Shown here one piece after another: positions 8,129 to 17,063 of a stretch of 32,000 nucleotides of DNA (the first letter of the stretch is position 1; every line of letters starts with the position of its first letter). The notes under the pieces are model-generated. The model searched no databases. It had not been told where the DNA came from and saw only the letters and a program-made list of their open reading frames with translations. Position numbers and translations under genes: made by a program. This DNA is from Candidatus Saccharimonadota bacterium (GTDB lineage Bacteria > Patescibacteriota > Gracilibacteria > UBA4473): positions 180,001-212,000 of the forward strand of contig JACKFV010000001.1 in the NCBI GenBank assembly GCA_020632335.1, read 5' to 3'.

Positions 8129-8569
8129 CTAGTGGAGTTCTGGCTCCAGGCCCATCTGCACGGCCGTCCCGGCGATGATCTTCACCGCGGCGTCCATGTC
8201 ATTGGCATTCAGGTCGGGCATTTTTCGGGTAGCTACCGCCTCCAGTTGCTGGCGGGTGATCTTCCCGATCTTCTGCGTATTGGGCTTACTAGAGCCCTTA
8301 GGGATCCCCAGCTCCTTCATAATGAGCATGCTCGCGGGCGGCTGCTTGAACTCCAGCTCAAAGGTCTTGTCCTCAAACACATAACAGATGGTAGGGATCT
8401 TCAGCCCGCTCCCCTTCTGGTCTGCTGTGGCGTCGTTAAATGCCTGGCAAAACTGCGGGATACTCAGCCCGTACTGCCCCAGCACCGGCCCCACCGGTGG
8501 CGCTGGAGTAGCGGCTCCGGCCAGCAGCTGGATCTTGAACTTCTTGACGTAGGGTTTTTTAGGAGGCAT
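8129..8569 (-). CDS. rplK: 50S ribosomal protein L11
   Basis: 146 aa. [34 protein letters not shown] is the canonical L11 N-terminal domain. Confidence 0.95.
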   Translation of the reverse strand: MPPKKPYVKKFKIQLLAGAATPAPPVGPVLGQYGLSIPQFCQAFNDATADQKGSGLKIPTICYVFEDKTFELEFKQPPASMLIMKELGIPKGSSKPNTQKIGKITRQQLEAVATRKMPDLNANDMDAAVKIIAGTAVQMGLEPELH

Positions 8570-8578
8570 GGGAGTCGA

Positions 8579-9244
8579 TTAAGCAAGAGCGTCGATGAGG
8601 GTCTTGGTCACAAAGGTCAGCGCAGGGATAGAGTCATCATTAGCCGGGATGGGGTAGGTGACGCCATCAGGGTCGGCGTTACTATCCACCAGCGCTATCA
8701 CGGGCACACCGCTCTGCACGGCTTCGTCGATGGCGTTGCGGTTGCCTACGGCGTCCAGCACCACCAGCGCGTCGGCTTTCTTCCGTATGCCGGCCACCCC
8801 GTGGTAGACGCGGTCCAGCTTCTCCAGCTCTTTACGGAATACCGCCACTTCCTTCTTGGTGTACTTGAGGATCTCATCCGTAGCGAACTGGTCCTTCAGC
8901 CGCAGGTACTGGTCTATACGCGTGCGCAACTCGTTAAAGTTAGTGATGAGCCCCGGGCTCCATTTCTCGTCTACATAGAGGAGCTTGTCATTCCCCACAG
9001 CCAGCTGCTGCAGTACAAAGCTCGCTTGGGGCTTTGTACCCACAAAGAGCACCTGCTTGTGCTCCTTCTTACACGCCTGGAGGAAGGACACCGCGGCGGC
9101 CAGGGCGGTACTAGTCTGCTGGAGGTCTAGCACGTGCGCGCCATCAGCCTTCCCGGCAATATAGGGGCGCATCTTGGGGTTCCATTTGCCCGTGCGGTGG
9201 CCTATATGCACCTGGGCGTCGGCGAGTTGTTGCACTGTTGTCAT
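8579..9244 (-). CDS. rpsB: 30S ribosomal protein S2
   Basis: Start set at ATG 9244 (MTTVQQLADAQVHIGHRTGKWNPKMRPYI), because the 9271 start overlaps a TTGCAC-N16-TATTTT promoter-like motif. The S2 signature is present. The product is short (221 aa). Confidence 0.92.
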   Translation of the reverse strand: MTTVQQLADAQVHIGHRTGKWNPKMRPYIAGKADGAHVLDLQQTSTALAAAVSFLQACKKEHKQVLFVGTKPQASFVLQQLAVGNDKLLYVDEKWSPGLITNFNELRTRIDQYLRLKDQFATDEILKYTKKEVAVFRKELEKLDRVYHGVAGIRKKADALVVLDAVGNRNAIDEAVQSGVPVIALVDSNADPDGVTYPIPANDDSIPALTFVTKTLIDALA

Positions 9245-9336
9245 ACCAGAGGAAGGTCTAAAATCGTGCATAAAATAGGATAATTCGCACGGCGTGCAAG
9301 TTTTTTTGGCAGAGTCTTGGGGAGTCTTACGGGGGG

Positions 9337-9909
9337 CTAGTACTTCAGCGGTGGGCGTGCGGGCTCGGTGTGCATGACCCCTATGATGGTACAGCTGGCC
9401 GTCGGGCTCACCTGGTGCAGCGCGCGGAGTACCCCCGGCAGGCGTTTGCGCTCCACGGTGCCGTGCAGTACATACTCGGGGGTGTCCTCGCTGGCGTCTC
9501 GGCGTAGCTGAGTGTGGCTCACCGTGTGGGAGACCCCCAGCCGCTGTAGCGCCTCAGACACCGGTGAGAAGTCCTCCTCCGCTACCTCCAGCCGCATGTG
9601 CACCTGGCCGAGGGCTATAGACCGCTCCAGGAGCATACCGAGGTAGGTTCCCAGCGCATAGCCCCCCGCATATGCCGTGAAGCCTACCGCGTTATCTGCA
9701 GACTCTAGCAGGGCACTGATCAGCGCTATCCAGAGGAAGCAGTACACAAACCCCAGCACCACCGCGGGCATGAGGACATCCTTGGCCATATACACCGTGT
9801 GGAGCGTGGCGATCGTCACAATGCCCGCTCGCGCGACGAAGACCACCAGCGGGACCACCACCCACTGTACCGTCCACGGGTCTGCCAGCGACGCGAGAAA
9901 AGCCTCCAT
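9337..9909 (-). CDS. UPF0316 / DUF2179 family membrane protein
   Basis: Three N-terminal TM helices followed by a soluble C-terminal domain, the same architecture as the Bacillus UPF0316 family. Start chosen at ATG 9909 (MEAFLASL), which sits 6 nt after a TACACT -10. The track start at 9939 is a GTG. Confidence 0.65.
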   Translation of the reverse strand: MEAFLASLADPWTVQWVVVPLVVFVARAGIVTIATLHTVYMAKDVLMPAVVLGFVYCFLWIALISALLESADNAVGFTAYAGGYALGTYLGMLLERSIALGQVHMRLEVAEEDFSPVSEALQRLGVSHTVSHTQLRRDASEDTPEYVLHGTVERKRLPGVLRALHQVSPTASCTIIGVMHTEPARPPLKY

Positions 9910-9915
9910 CACCTC

Positions 9916-9944
9916 AGTGTACACCAGACGAAAAATCACTACAA
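9916..9944 (-). promoter_or_regulatory. putative leaderless promoter TTGTAG-N17-TACACT-N6-ATG
   Basis: On the minus strand, the -10 is at 9916-9921 and the -35 at 9939-9944. The ATG is at 9909. Confidence 0.35.
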
Positions 9945-9951
9945 GGAGGGT

Positions 9952-10428
9952 ATGCGTACTGTATGGCGCCGGCTACAGCAGCAGAATTACCTCGCGGCTA
10001 TCCGCAATAGCCTGGGGAGCCGCCAGTACCAGGACGTCTGGCTAGAGAATGACACCCAGTGTGTGAACGTCACTGAGGCGGGCATCATCAGCTGCGCGTG
10101 GTACGCCAGTAGCCTGCTGGTGCTGCACGGGGTGCTGCAGAGCGTCCACGGCACGGTGGAGGGCACCGAGTGGGAACTCCGTGAGCGCTGTGATCTCCTC
10201 CCCGCTCCCTACAGCGCTCTCCAGCCGGGGGATATCCTCCTCTGGGAGGCGGTACACTTCCCTAATGGGGGCAGGCATGCGCATATAGGGTTCTTTGTAG
10301 GTGAGGAGCAGGCCATCAGCAATAGCGCCCGCACGCGGGTACCCGCGCTACACCACTGGACGTACGAGGGCACGCGCGCCATCACCGCTGTGTACCGCCC
10401 CCGGTGGGAGCAGCCTCAGAGCCGCTAG
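9952..10428 (+). CDS. putative papain-fold cysteine hydrolase (CHAP / NlpC-P60-like), no signal peptide
   Basis: Start at ATG 9952, preceded by the AAGGAGG Shine-Dalgarno at 9943-9949. The Cys..His pattern SCAWYASSLL ... GDILLW ... HAHIGFFVG ... AISNS resembles the order of CHAP/NlpC catalytic motifs. The family assignment is tentative. Confidence 0.55.
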   Translation: MRTVWRRLQQQNYLAAIRNSLGSRQYQDVWLENDTQCVNVTEAGIISCAWYASSLLVLHGVLQSVHGTVEGTEWELRERCDLLPAPYSALQPGDILLWEAVHFPNGGRHAHIGFFVGEEQAISNSARTRVPALHHWTYEGTRAITAVYRPRWEQPQSR

Positions 10429-10655
10429 CCCTGCGCAAAGACCTCTACCATCAGCACGTTCTGCGTGTTGATCATCAGCAGTCGGCCGTCTTTCGTCTTC
10501 ATCTTGGTGAATTCTCCCTGCTTGATACTGGCCGTGTCGATATCATGGAAGGTTCGTTTCTCTCCGCCAAGGAAGTGAATGATCTGCGTGACGTACTTGC
10601 CCATCTCCTCAGTGGTGGAGTGGAGGTCTACGGGGGTGGGAGTGTCGTGGTCCAT
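10425..10655 (-). CDS. small hypothetical protein (76 aa), co-transcribed with valS
   Basis: Strong G/C third-position bias. It starts 18 nt after the valS stop, and its stop overlaps the convergent gene's stop in a shared CTAG. I recognise no motif. Confidence 0.6.
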   Translation of the reverse strand: MDHDTPTPVDLHSTTEEMGKYVTQIIHFLGGEKRTFHDIDTASIKQGEFTKMKTKDGRLLMINTQNVLMVEVFAQG

Positions 10656-10673
10656 GGGAGGTGTGGGGGGAAA

Positions 10674-13319
10674 TTAAAGCGAAGCCAGTAGCTCACGGAG
10701 GGTCTGGAGCGTTGCCTGGGCCTGCTGGAGCTGCTGGCGCGTCTCGGCCACCAGGTGCGCTGGCGCGTTGGCGGTATAGCCGGCATTGCTGAGCCGGGCC
10801 TGGAGCGAGGTGATATCCAGCCCTGTACGGGTGATCTCCCGGGTGAGGCGCTCTCGCTCTGCGTCGGTATCCACCGGGACACGCAGGTATATGCTCGCCA
10901 TGGGCAGCACTATCTGCACGTCATCATACTGCGCCGCGTGGTCGTCGCTCACCGTTTCCTTCACGCTAGAGAGCCGCCCCAGGTGCCGTATACTCGCCAG
11001 TGCCTCTTCCTCCAGCAGGGTATGAGAGACTATCCGCACGCCCAGGGTCTGGCTCGGGGCAATGTTTCGCTCGGCCCGGATACGACGAATATCCGTCACG
11101 ATAGTCTGCACATGCTGGAATTGCTCAGCCGCATGGGGATTACTATAGTCCAGCACTGGGTAGGGCAGCGTGCAGAGGATGGCCGGCCGGCCAAAGACCT
11201 CTCGGTAACACACCTCAGAGATAAACGGGCACAACGGATGCACCATGCGGAGGATATGCTCCAGCACCTGCGCGAGGAAAGTAGGCCGCACCTGGCGCTT
11301 GCTGAGCTCGATAAACCACTTGCAGAACGTCCCCCACACAAAGTGGTACATGGTGTCCCCTGCCTCCGAGATGCGGTAGGCCTCTAGGCTCTGCGCGATG
11401 GACTGCAGCGCCGCGCTCAGCTCGTGGGTGATCCACTGCTCGGTGAGGGTCTGAGGGGCCAGTGGAGAGGTGAGGTCCACCGGGGTGTCCCCCAGCTGCA
11501 GCTGCACGAACCGGCTGGCATTCCAGAGCTTATTAGTGAAGTGGCGGTAGCCCTGAATTTTACTCTCCCCCAGCGCCAGCGCCTGCCCCGGGGTGGAGCC
11601 AATCACCAAGCTCAGGCGCACTGCATCAGCCCCATACTGCGCTATTACCTCCAGCGGGTCTATCCCGTTGCCCTTGGACTTGCTCATCTTTTTGCCGCGT
11701 TCGTCTACCACCATGCCGTGCAGGTAGGTGGTATGGAAGGGGTACACGCCCGTAGCGTAGCGGCACATGAGGATCATGCGCGCCACCCAGTTGAAGATAA
11801 TATCATGCCCTGTCTCCAGCACGGCGTTGGGGTAGAACTGGGTAAAGTCAGCCCCTGCATCCGGCCAGCCTAGGGTAGAGATAGGCCAGATGCCACTGCT
11901 GAACCAGGTATCCAGCGTGTCCTCGTCTTGGGTCAGCCCCGGGAGCGACGGCGCGCGGTACTCCCCGTCTATGCGCTCGGCCAGGTGCACGGCGCCCTCA
12001 GCGTCGTACCACACGGGGATGCGGTGCCCCCACCATATCTGCCGGCTGATGCACCAGTCGCGTAGGTTTTCTATCCAGTGGTAGTAGATCTTCTCAAACC
12101 GCTCGGGGATAACCGTTACATGGCCCTCCTTCACCGCATCGAGGGTGAGGCGCTGCAGGGTGGTCTTCTGCCCGGTGTGCGCATCGAGAAACTCCTTGTG
12201 GACGTCGATGAACCACTGCTGGCTCACCATGGGTTCTATCACGCAGCCCGTACGGCTACAAAGTGGCACCCCGTGTGTGTAGGGCTCCTCCTTGAGGATG
12301 AGTCCCTTCTGCCGCATGATCTCTACCGCTTGGCGCCGAGCCTCCGTTACTGTCAGCCCCTCCAGCAGCCCGGCGGCGGCGGTCATCTTCCCGTCAAAGC
12401 CGATCTTCGGCGTCATCAGCCCCAGCTCCCGCGCGAGCCGCTGACTGTCATTCTCGTCCGCTTGGGGCCTGTCCCAGCCGTGGCGAGAGGCCATTTCGTA
12501 GTCATTCAGGTCATGCAGCGTGCTGATGGTCATACACCCCGAGCCAAACTCCGGGTCAATATGCTCGTCGCCCACCACCCAGAAGGTGCGCTCCCCGGCG
12601 TAGGTCTCTGCCGTGAAGCTCGTCCCGATGAGGTGCTTATAGCGCCCGTCATGCGGACTTACCACCACGGGACTGTGCCAGCACTTGGTCTCGGGTCGCA
12701 CGGTGGCGATGATGAAGTCCCCACAGCGGATGTAGTAGAGTGTCTCCTCGCGGTCTTCCCACACTACTTCGTCGTCGCTGATGACACTCTCGGCGTCTAC
12801 ACTCCAGTTGATCATGCGATACCCACGGTAGAGGAGCCCATCGCGGTAGAGGCGGTTGAACATCTCGATGACGCCGGTGTTACGCGGGTCATCCAGCGTG
12901 TAGGCCAGCCGCGACCAGTCCAGCCAGGCCCCCATCTTCTTGCACTGAGTGATGATCGTCTCCTGGCTCTCGGCCGCAAAGCGCTTACACGCGGTGATGA
13001 AGTCCTCACGCGTCATCTGCTTGCGGTCCTCTATACCCAGCACCTGCAGGACTTTCGTCTCGGTAGCGATGGCCGCATGGTCTGTCCCGGGTATCCAGAG
13101 GGCCTCGTGGCCTGTCATCTTCTTATAGCGGATGAGGATATCCTCCACCGCGAGCATCATGGCATGGCCCAGGTGCAGGGTGCCGGTTACATTCGGTGGT
13201 GGCAGCGGGATGGTGAATGGTGGACGGCTACTGCTCGCATCAGCGCGCATGGCACCGCTCTGCTCCCACCCGGCATAGAGCGCGTCTTCGTACTCGTTAT
13301 GGGCATAGTTCTTCTGCAT
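10674..13319 (-). CDS. valS: valine--tRNA ligase
   Basis: 881 aa. It has the class I HIGH motif (PPPNVTGTLHLGHA), the KMSKS motif (KMSKSKGN), and a C-terminal coiled-coil typical of ValRS. Confidence 0.97.
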   Translation of the reverse strand: MQKNYAHNEYEDALYAGWEQSGAMRADASSSRPPFTIPLPPPNVTGTLHLGHAMMLAVEDILIRYKKMTGHEALWIPGTDHAAIATETKVLQVLGIEDRKQMTREDFITACKRFAAESQETIITQCKKMGAWLDWSRLAYTLDDPRNTGVIEMFNRLYRDGLLYRGYRMINWSVDAESVISDDEVVWEDREETLYYIRCGDFIIATVRPETKCWHSPVVVSPHDGRYKHLIGTSFTAETYAGERTFWVVGDEHIDPEFGSGCMTISTLHDLNDYEMASRHGWDRPQADENDSQRLARELGLMTPKIGFDGKMTAAAGLLEGLTVTEARRQAVEIMRQKGLILKEEPYTHGVPLCSRTGCVIEPMVSQQWFIDVHKEFLDAHTGQKTTLQRLTLDAVKEGHVTVIPERFEKIYYHWIENLRDWCISRQIWWGHRIPVWYDAEGAVHLAERIDGEYRAPSLPGLTQDEDTLDTWFSSGIWPISTLGWPDAGADFTQFYPNAVLETGHDIIFNWVARMILMCRYATGVYPFHTTYLHGMVVDERGKKMSKSKGNGIDPLEVIAQYGADAVRLSLVIGSTPGQALALGESKIQGYRHFTNKLWNASRFVQLQLGDTPVDLTSPLAPQTLTEQWITHELSAALQSIAQSLEAYRISEAGDTMYHFVWGTFCKWFIELSKRQVRPTFLAQVLEHILRMVHPLCPFISEVCYREVFGRPAILCTLPYPVLDYSNPHAAEQFQHVQTIVTDIRRIRAERNIAPSQTLGVRIVSHTLLEEEALASIRHLGRLSSVKETVSDDHAAQYDDVQIVLPMASIYLRVPVDTDAERERLTREITRTGLDITSLQARLSNAGYTANAPAHLVAETRQQLQQAQATLQTLRELLASL

Positions 13320-13338
13320 AGATCTCTCCTATGCCCGC

Positions 13339-13366
13339 ACTATAGGAATCTCCTCCACCTTGGCAA
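13339..13366 (-). promoter_or_regulatory. putative valS promoter TTGCCA-N16-TATAGT
   Basis: On the minus strand, the -35 is at 13361-13366 and the -10 at 13339-13344. A 19-nt leader containing the AGGAGA Shine-Dalgarno precedes ATG 13319. Confidence 0.5.
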
Positions 13367-13386
13367 CCCCGTCTGGCGCCTCTCAG

Positions 13387-14901
13387 TTAGCGTCGCACAC
13401 TGGGTACCAGCACCGAGCCATCGTCATCCGCGGGGTCGTCTTTGCCCAGCAGCACCTGGATGTCCACCATTCCATCGGGCTCCTCCGATGGCGTCACTTG
13501 GCTGGCATGTGGCCCCAGTGCCTCCCGCGCGCGAGCCTCCTGCACCACGGGCAGGCCCATCTCTTTGCTCAGGTAGTTGAGCGTCTCGGGTACGGGCTTC
13601 TCGCTCACCGAGAACACCAGCGTATACGGCAGCTCCGCAGCACCCACCGTGCTCTTACTCGAGGAGTCTTGGGCGGTATCCTCCGGGCGATAATTCCCCA
13701 CCTCCACCACCTGGAACCCCAGCAGCTGCAGCTCCGCGGCCAGCTCCCCTGCCTTGCCGGGCTCCTTGGTGCCATTGTGTACTGAGATGTGGGCCCGCTC
13801 CAGTAGCGCCTCGGGGTGGAGGAGATTGAGCTGCAGGAACTGCTGCAGTAGCCCGCTCTGGTAGGGCCGCAGCACAAACTGCCCGCCGTAGTCCCGCGAG
13901 TCTGGCGTGTAGAGAATGCCCCCGCGCGCCGTGTCGTCATTGCTCAGCACCGCGCTGGTGACGGTATCCATGTCTATCCCCGCGCCGATTTTCGCCAGGG
14001 CCAAGAGCGCGCTCAGGGGGAGATCCGTATGAATGCGCGCCCGGAAGCTCCCCCACAGGTCACTCAGCGTGCCCACGTCGGTCAGTACCTTGTGGCTCAT
14101 GGCCTTCTTCCGCAGGGCTATGAGGATGTCTTGCTGGCGCCTAGCGCGGTCAAAGTCTGAGGTGGTGGAGCGGCTGCGCGCGTACATGAGCGCCATCTGG
14201 CCGTCCAGGTGCTGCTGCCCAGCGTCTATATGGAAGGTCTGGTACTGGTAGTTGGGGGCAGGATACTGCGTGTCGTGCAGCGTCTGGGTCACATAGACGT
14301 CCACCCCGTCTAGCGCGTCGATGATGTCTGAGAAGAGTTCGTAGTCCACCACCACTGCGTAGTGCAGCTCTATCCCCAGGGGGGTCTCCAGCGCCTTGCG
14401 GAGCTCTGGCAGGGTATCATCAGCCGCCTTATCTGCCGCGGCGGTGCGCTCCTCACGGGTGAAATTCTTGCCGTATACCTCCAGATTCTCGAGCAGATGC
14501 TGATAACGTATAGCCGCGTAGAGCTCGTTTATCTTACGGTTGCCCGCTGGCGAGATGACAAAGAGATCCCGCGGGATGCTCACCACGCTCACCGTGGGCG
14601 CCTCGGGGTCGATGCTGACGATCATAATCGAGTCGGTCAGATTCCCCCCTTCGGCCTGCTCGCCCCCGGTGCCCAAGAGGAGCATATTGGTGTGGCCATT
14701 CACGTCCCGCTCCAGCGCAAACTGCGGCGCCCGCCCGGGAAGAGCTGGCACCAGCGATTTATTATTGTAGGTGCGGTGCGCGGCATAAGCCCCAAAGGCC
14801 AAGAGCCCCAGTACCAGCACTCCCGCCCACTTCCAGCGGCGGAAGAACGACGGCGAGGATTTCTCCTCCTCGGATCGCAGCGGACGCATCTGGAAATCCA
14901 T
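13387..14901 (-). CDS. LCP (LytR-CpsA-Psr) family protein with C-terminal LytR_C-like domain
   Basis: It has a cytoplasmic tail, one TM helix, then NMLLLGTGG...TDSIMIVSIDP...SIPRDL, which is characteristic of LCP. Start chosen at ATG 14901 (the track start at 14928 is a TTG), because a TTGCGT-N16-TAGTCT promoter ends 7 nt upstream. Confidence 0.88.
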   Translation of the reverse strand: MDFQMRPLRSEEEKSSPSFFRRWKWAGVLVLGLLAFGAYAAHRTYNNKSLVPALPGRAPQFALERDVNGHTNMLLLGTGGEQAEGGNLTDSIMIVSIDPEAPTVSVVSIPRDLFVISPAGNRKINELYAAIRYQHLLENLEVYGKNFTREERTAAADKAADDTLPELRKALETPLGIELHYAVVVDYELFSDIIDALDGVDVYVTQTLHDTQYPAPNYQYQTFHIDAGQQHLDGQMALMYARSRSTTSDFDRARRQQDILIALRKKAMSHKVLTDVGTLSDLWGSFRARIHTDLPLSALLALAKIGAGIDMDTVTSAVLSNDDTARGGILYTPDSRDYGGQFVLRPYQSGLLQQFLQLNLLHPEALLERAHISVHNGTKEPGKAGELAAELQLLGFQVVEVGNYRPEDTAQDSSSKSTVGAAELPYTLVFSVSEKPVPETLNYLSKEMGLPVVQEARAREALGPHASQVTPSEEPDGMVDIQVLLGKDDPADDDGSVLVPSVRR

Positions 14902-14908
14902 GGCCAAG

Positions 14909-14936
14909 AGACTAGAGAAGCGGCCCAAGCACGCAA
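14909..14936 (-). promoter_or_regulatory. putative leaderless promoter TTGCGT-N16-TAGTCT-N7-ATG
   Basis: On the minus strand, the -10 is at 14909-14914 and the -35 at 14931-14936. Confidence 0.4.
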
Positions 14937-14957
14937 GTAAAGACCCCTTGACGCGGG

Positions 14958-15182
14958 CTATTTCTCATACCGCACAAAGGGCAAAAGCCCCATAATGCGC
15001 GCACGCTTGATGGCGCGGGCCAGTTTCTTCTGGTTCTTGAGCTTCACCCCGGTGTGGAACCGACTCTGGATAGAGCGGTAATGCGTGATGTACTGGCTCA
15101 GCAGTCGCGGGTTTTTATAGTCGATGTGGGTGATCCCCGCGAGCTCAAACGGATCAATGAATTTTTTAGGCTTGGGTGGCAT
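14958..15182 (-). CDS. rpsR: 30S ribosomal protein S18
   Basis: 74 aa. IDYKNPRLLSQYIT...KNQKKLARAIKRARIMGLLPF is the canonical S18 pattern. Confidence 0.93.
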   Translation of the reverse strand: MPPKPKKFIDPFELAGITHIDYKNPRLLSQYITHYRSIQSRFHTGVKLKNQKKLARAIKRARIMGLLPFVRYEK

Positions 15183-15191
15183 AAGAGAAAA

Positions 15192-15596
15192 TTAGTCAGA
15201 AGTATCAGCCGTATCCATATTTAGCACTTTGTCTATCTTGCGGTCGGTATCCAGCGCGTCCCATTCTTTCTTCTGCTCGCTGTACTTCACCGGTGCGGGG
15301 CTGTCCTTCTCTACACTGGTGAGTAGCCAGCGCAGCAGGCTGGTGTTGATGTTCAGGCTCTTCTTGATCTCAATGAGCGCCGCGCTACTGGCCCCCGTGA
15401 AGCGGCACACAAAGTAATACCCCCACTTCTGCCCCTTGATGGTGTAGGCCAGCCCGCGACTCCCCCAGAAGTCCTGGAAGGTCATCTGCACGCCATTTTC
15501 TTCGAGCATCGCCACCACACTCTCCCGGCTCAGCGCTTCGGCCTCGCCATCGGTGAGCGTGCTCGTGATCAGCACCATGAGTTCGTATTCTTGCAT
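15192..15596 (-). CDS. rpsF: 30S ribosomal protein S6
   Basis: Begins MQEYELMVLI, followed by an S6-like fold pattern (WGSRGLAYTIKG..GYYF). Start taken at ATG 15596; an ATG at 15608 is also possible. It lies directly upstream of rpsR with no ssb between them. Confidence 0.88.
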   Translation of the reverse strand: MQEYELMVLITSTLTDGEAEALSRESVVAMLEENGVQMTFQDFWGSRGLAYTIKGQKWGYYFVCRFTGASSAALIEIKKSLNINTSLLRWLLTSVEKDSPAPVKYSEQKKEWDALDTDRKIDKVLNMDTADTSD

Positions 15597-15650
15597 AGAG
15601 GGACGCATTACAGCACGCCAAACCTACAGATAGTGCGGCGCTTGGCAAGT

Positions 15651-15688
15651 GAAAATGACAAAAAGTCCCCAGCACTGCCGAGGACTTT
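15651..15688 (-). terminator. putative rho-independent terminator after the surface-protein gene
   Basis: On the minus strand: AAAGUCC, a 13-nt loop, GGACUUU, then UUGUCAUUUUC. The stem arms are at 15662-15668 and 15682-15688. Confidence 0.45.
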
Positions 15689-15715
15689 CGCGAGATTCTT
15701 ACGCTTTAGCAGGCA

Positions 15716-16297
15716 CTAGGAGGCCTTCCGACGCGGCACCACTGCAATGCACAGTAGGCCAAAGAGCACCAGCACCCCCACCACAAACCAGTGCATGCCC
15801 GGCCCCACGGTGGTCAACACGGGCGGCTCCTCACTACACATGGCGCCGTCTACCGTCACGCTATGCCCAGCGGCCGTCACCGTCATGCCCGCGTCGCCAC
15901 AGTCCTTCACCCGAGCCACAAAGACAAATTCCTGCTCGCAGGGCGCCTGGCCACTATAAGCGGGGTAGGTGAGCATATTCCCCGATCGCGTGGCATTCTG
16001 CGTGTCTATCAGCACCGCGCCAGTACTCAGTAACCCCGAGACGTCAAACTGCGCGATGTAGTCCTTCACGTCCGCAGTGGCAGAGGTGAGCTTCAGGCTA
16101 TAGCGCAGCACATCACCCGGCTGCGCCACTACGGTAGTGGCATCGGCATTGCCCTGGCTCATATTCACCACCGAGAGGCTGGTGCTGGCACCACTGGGGA
16201 GGGACTGCGCGCCCGCCACGCCCGCAAACAGGGCCGATATACCGAGAGCGATGAAGGAGAGAAAGCGCATCATTACCGAGAGAATCAGTACCCTCAT
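15716..16297 (-). CDS. cell-surface protein: signal peptide, DUF11-like beta domain, C-terminal TM anchor with basic tail
   Basis: 193 aa. The N-terminal signal is ...FIALGISALFAGVAGAQS. The segment AQPGDVLRYSLKLTS resembles DUF11/CARDB-type repeats. The C-terminus is EPPVLTTVGPGMHWFVVGVLVLFGLLCIAVVPRRKAS. Confidence 0.7.
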   Translation of the reverse strand: MRVLILSVMMRFLSFIALGISALFAGVAGAQSLPSGASTSLSVVNMSQGNADATTVVAQPGDVLRYSLKLTSATADVKDYIAQFDVSGLLSTGAVLIDTQNATRSGNMLTYPAYSGQAPCEQEFVFVARVKDCGDAGMTVTAAGHSVTVDGAMCSEEPPVLTTVGPGMHWFVVGVLVLFGLLCIAVVPRRKAS

Positions 16298-16366
16298 TGT
16301 GTGGAAGTAGCGATGGGGGTCAATGCAATTGCCCTTGCGAAGGGGGGAAACTGTGGGTAAAGACTA

Positions 16367-17020
16367 CTACACCGCCACGGCAAAGGTGCAGGCAAAGACA
16401 TCACTATAGCCCGCTGCGTGCAGTGCCCCCGCCGCCGAGCGCATGGTGGCACCGGTAGTGTAGACGTCATCTACCAGCACTATACGGGTACTCCGTGGCA
16501 GGCTGCAAGCACACTTCCGCACGACAAACGCCCCGGTGAGGTTCTGCTCGCGGGCTGCCTTCCCCAGCCTGGCCTGCTGCTGCGTACGCCGACGCCTCCT
16601 CAGCAGGGCACATTGGGGGATTCCCGTCGCCTCAGCCAGTGCACGAGAAAGCAGCGCCGACTGGTTGAACCCTCGCCAGAACTGCCGCGTCCAGTGCAGC
16701 GGTATGGGCACGAGGAGCGTCGTCTCCGGCGTCCACTCTGGGGGGAACTTGGGGAGGATCTCCGCCGCAAGCACAACCGCCAGACTGCGATCCCCGGTGT
16801 ATTTATAGGCCTCCAGCAGGGGCACCGCCGCGCCGCTATACGCCACCGGCGCCACCAGCCCTGCCAGTGGAGGGGCTGCCTCCCGCACCGGAGCAGGGGT
16901 AAAGACCGCATGCGCACTGCACAGCGCCGCCCCTCGCAGCCCGCACACCACACACCGCGAGGGGAAGAGCCCTCGGTAGAGGTACTGCACGAGCGCCACG
17001 GGCCAGTTTCTCCAGCGCAT
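16367..17020 (-). CDS. comF: ComF family protein (phosphoribosyltransferase domain)
   Basis: 217 aa. It has an N-terminal Cys cluster (CVVCG...C) and the PRPP-binding loop IVLVDDVYTTGATM. Confidence 0.88.
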   Translation of the reverse strand: MRWRNWPVALVQYLYRGLFPSRCVVCGLRGAALCSAHAVFTPAPVREAAPPLAGLVAPVAYSGAAVPLLEAYKYTGDRSLAVVLAAEILPKFPPEWTPETTLLVPIPLHWTRQFWRGFNQSALLSRALAEATGIPQCALLRRRRRTQQQARLGKAAREQNLTGAFVVRKCACSLPRSTRIVLVDDVYTTGATMRSAAGALHAAGYSDVFACTFAVAV

Positions 17021-17026
17021 GGTGGC

Positions 17027-17054
17027 AGTGTAGCGCCCGCTCGGCAGGGTTCAA
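17027..17054 (-). promoter_or_regulatory. putative leaderless promoter TTGAAC-N16-TACACT-N6-ATG
   Basis: On the minus strand, the -10 is at 17027-17032 and the -35 at 17049-17054. The ATG is at 17020. Confidence 0.4.
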
Positions 17055-17063
17055 GTAGGGGGA

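Noticed and set aside
8132-9130. 332-aa ORF on the plus strand
   Set aside because: It is antisense to rplK and rpsB, both unmistakable ribosomal proteins. It is a GC-driven shadow frame.
12078-13580. 500-aa ORF on the plus strand
   Set aside because: It is antisense to valS, which has unambiguous HIGH and KMSKS motifs. The translation is low-complexity and rich in R, H, P and G. This is the typical shadow ORF of GC-rich DNA.
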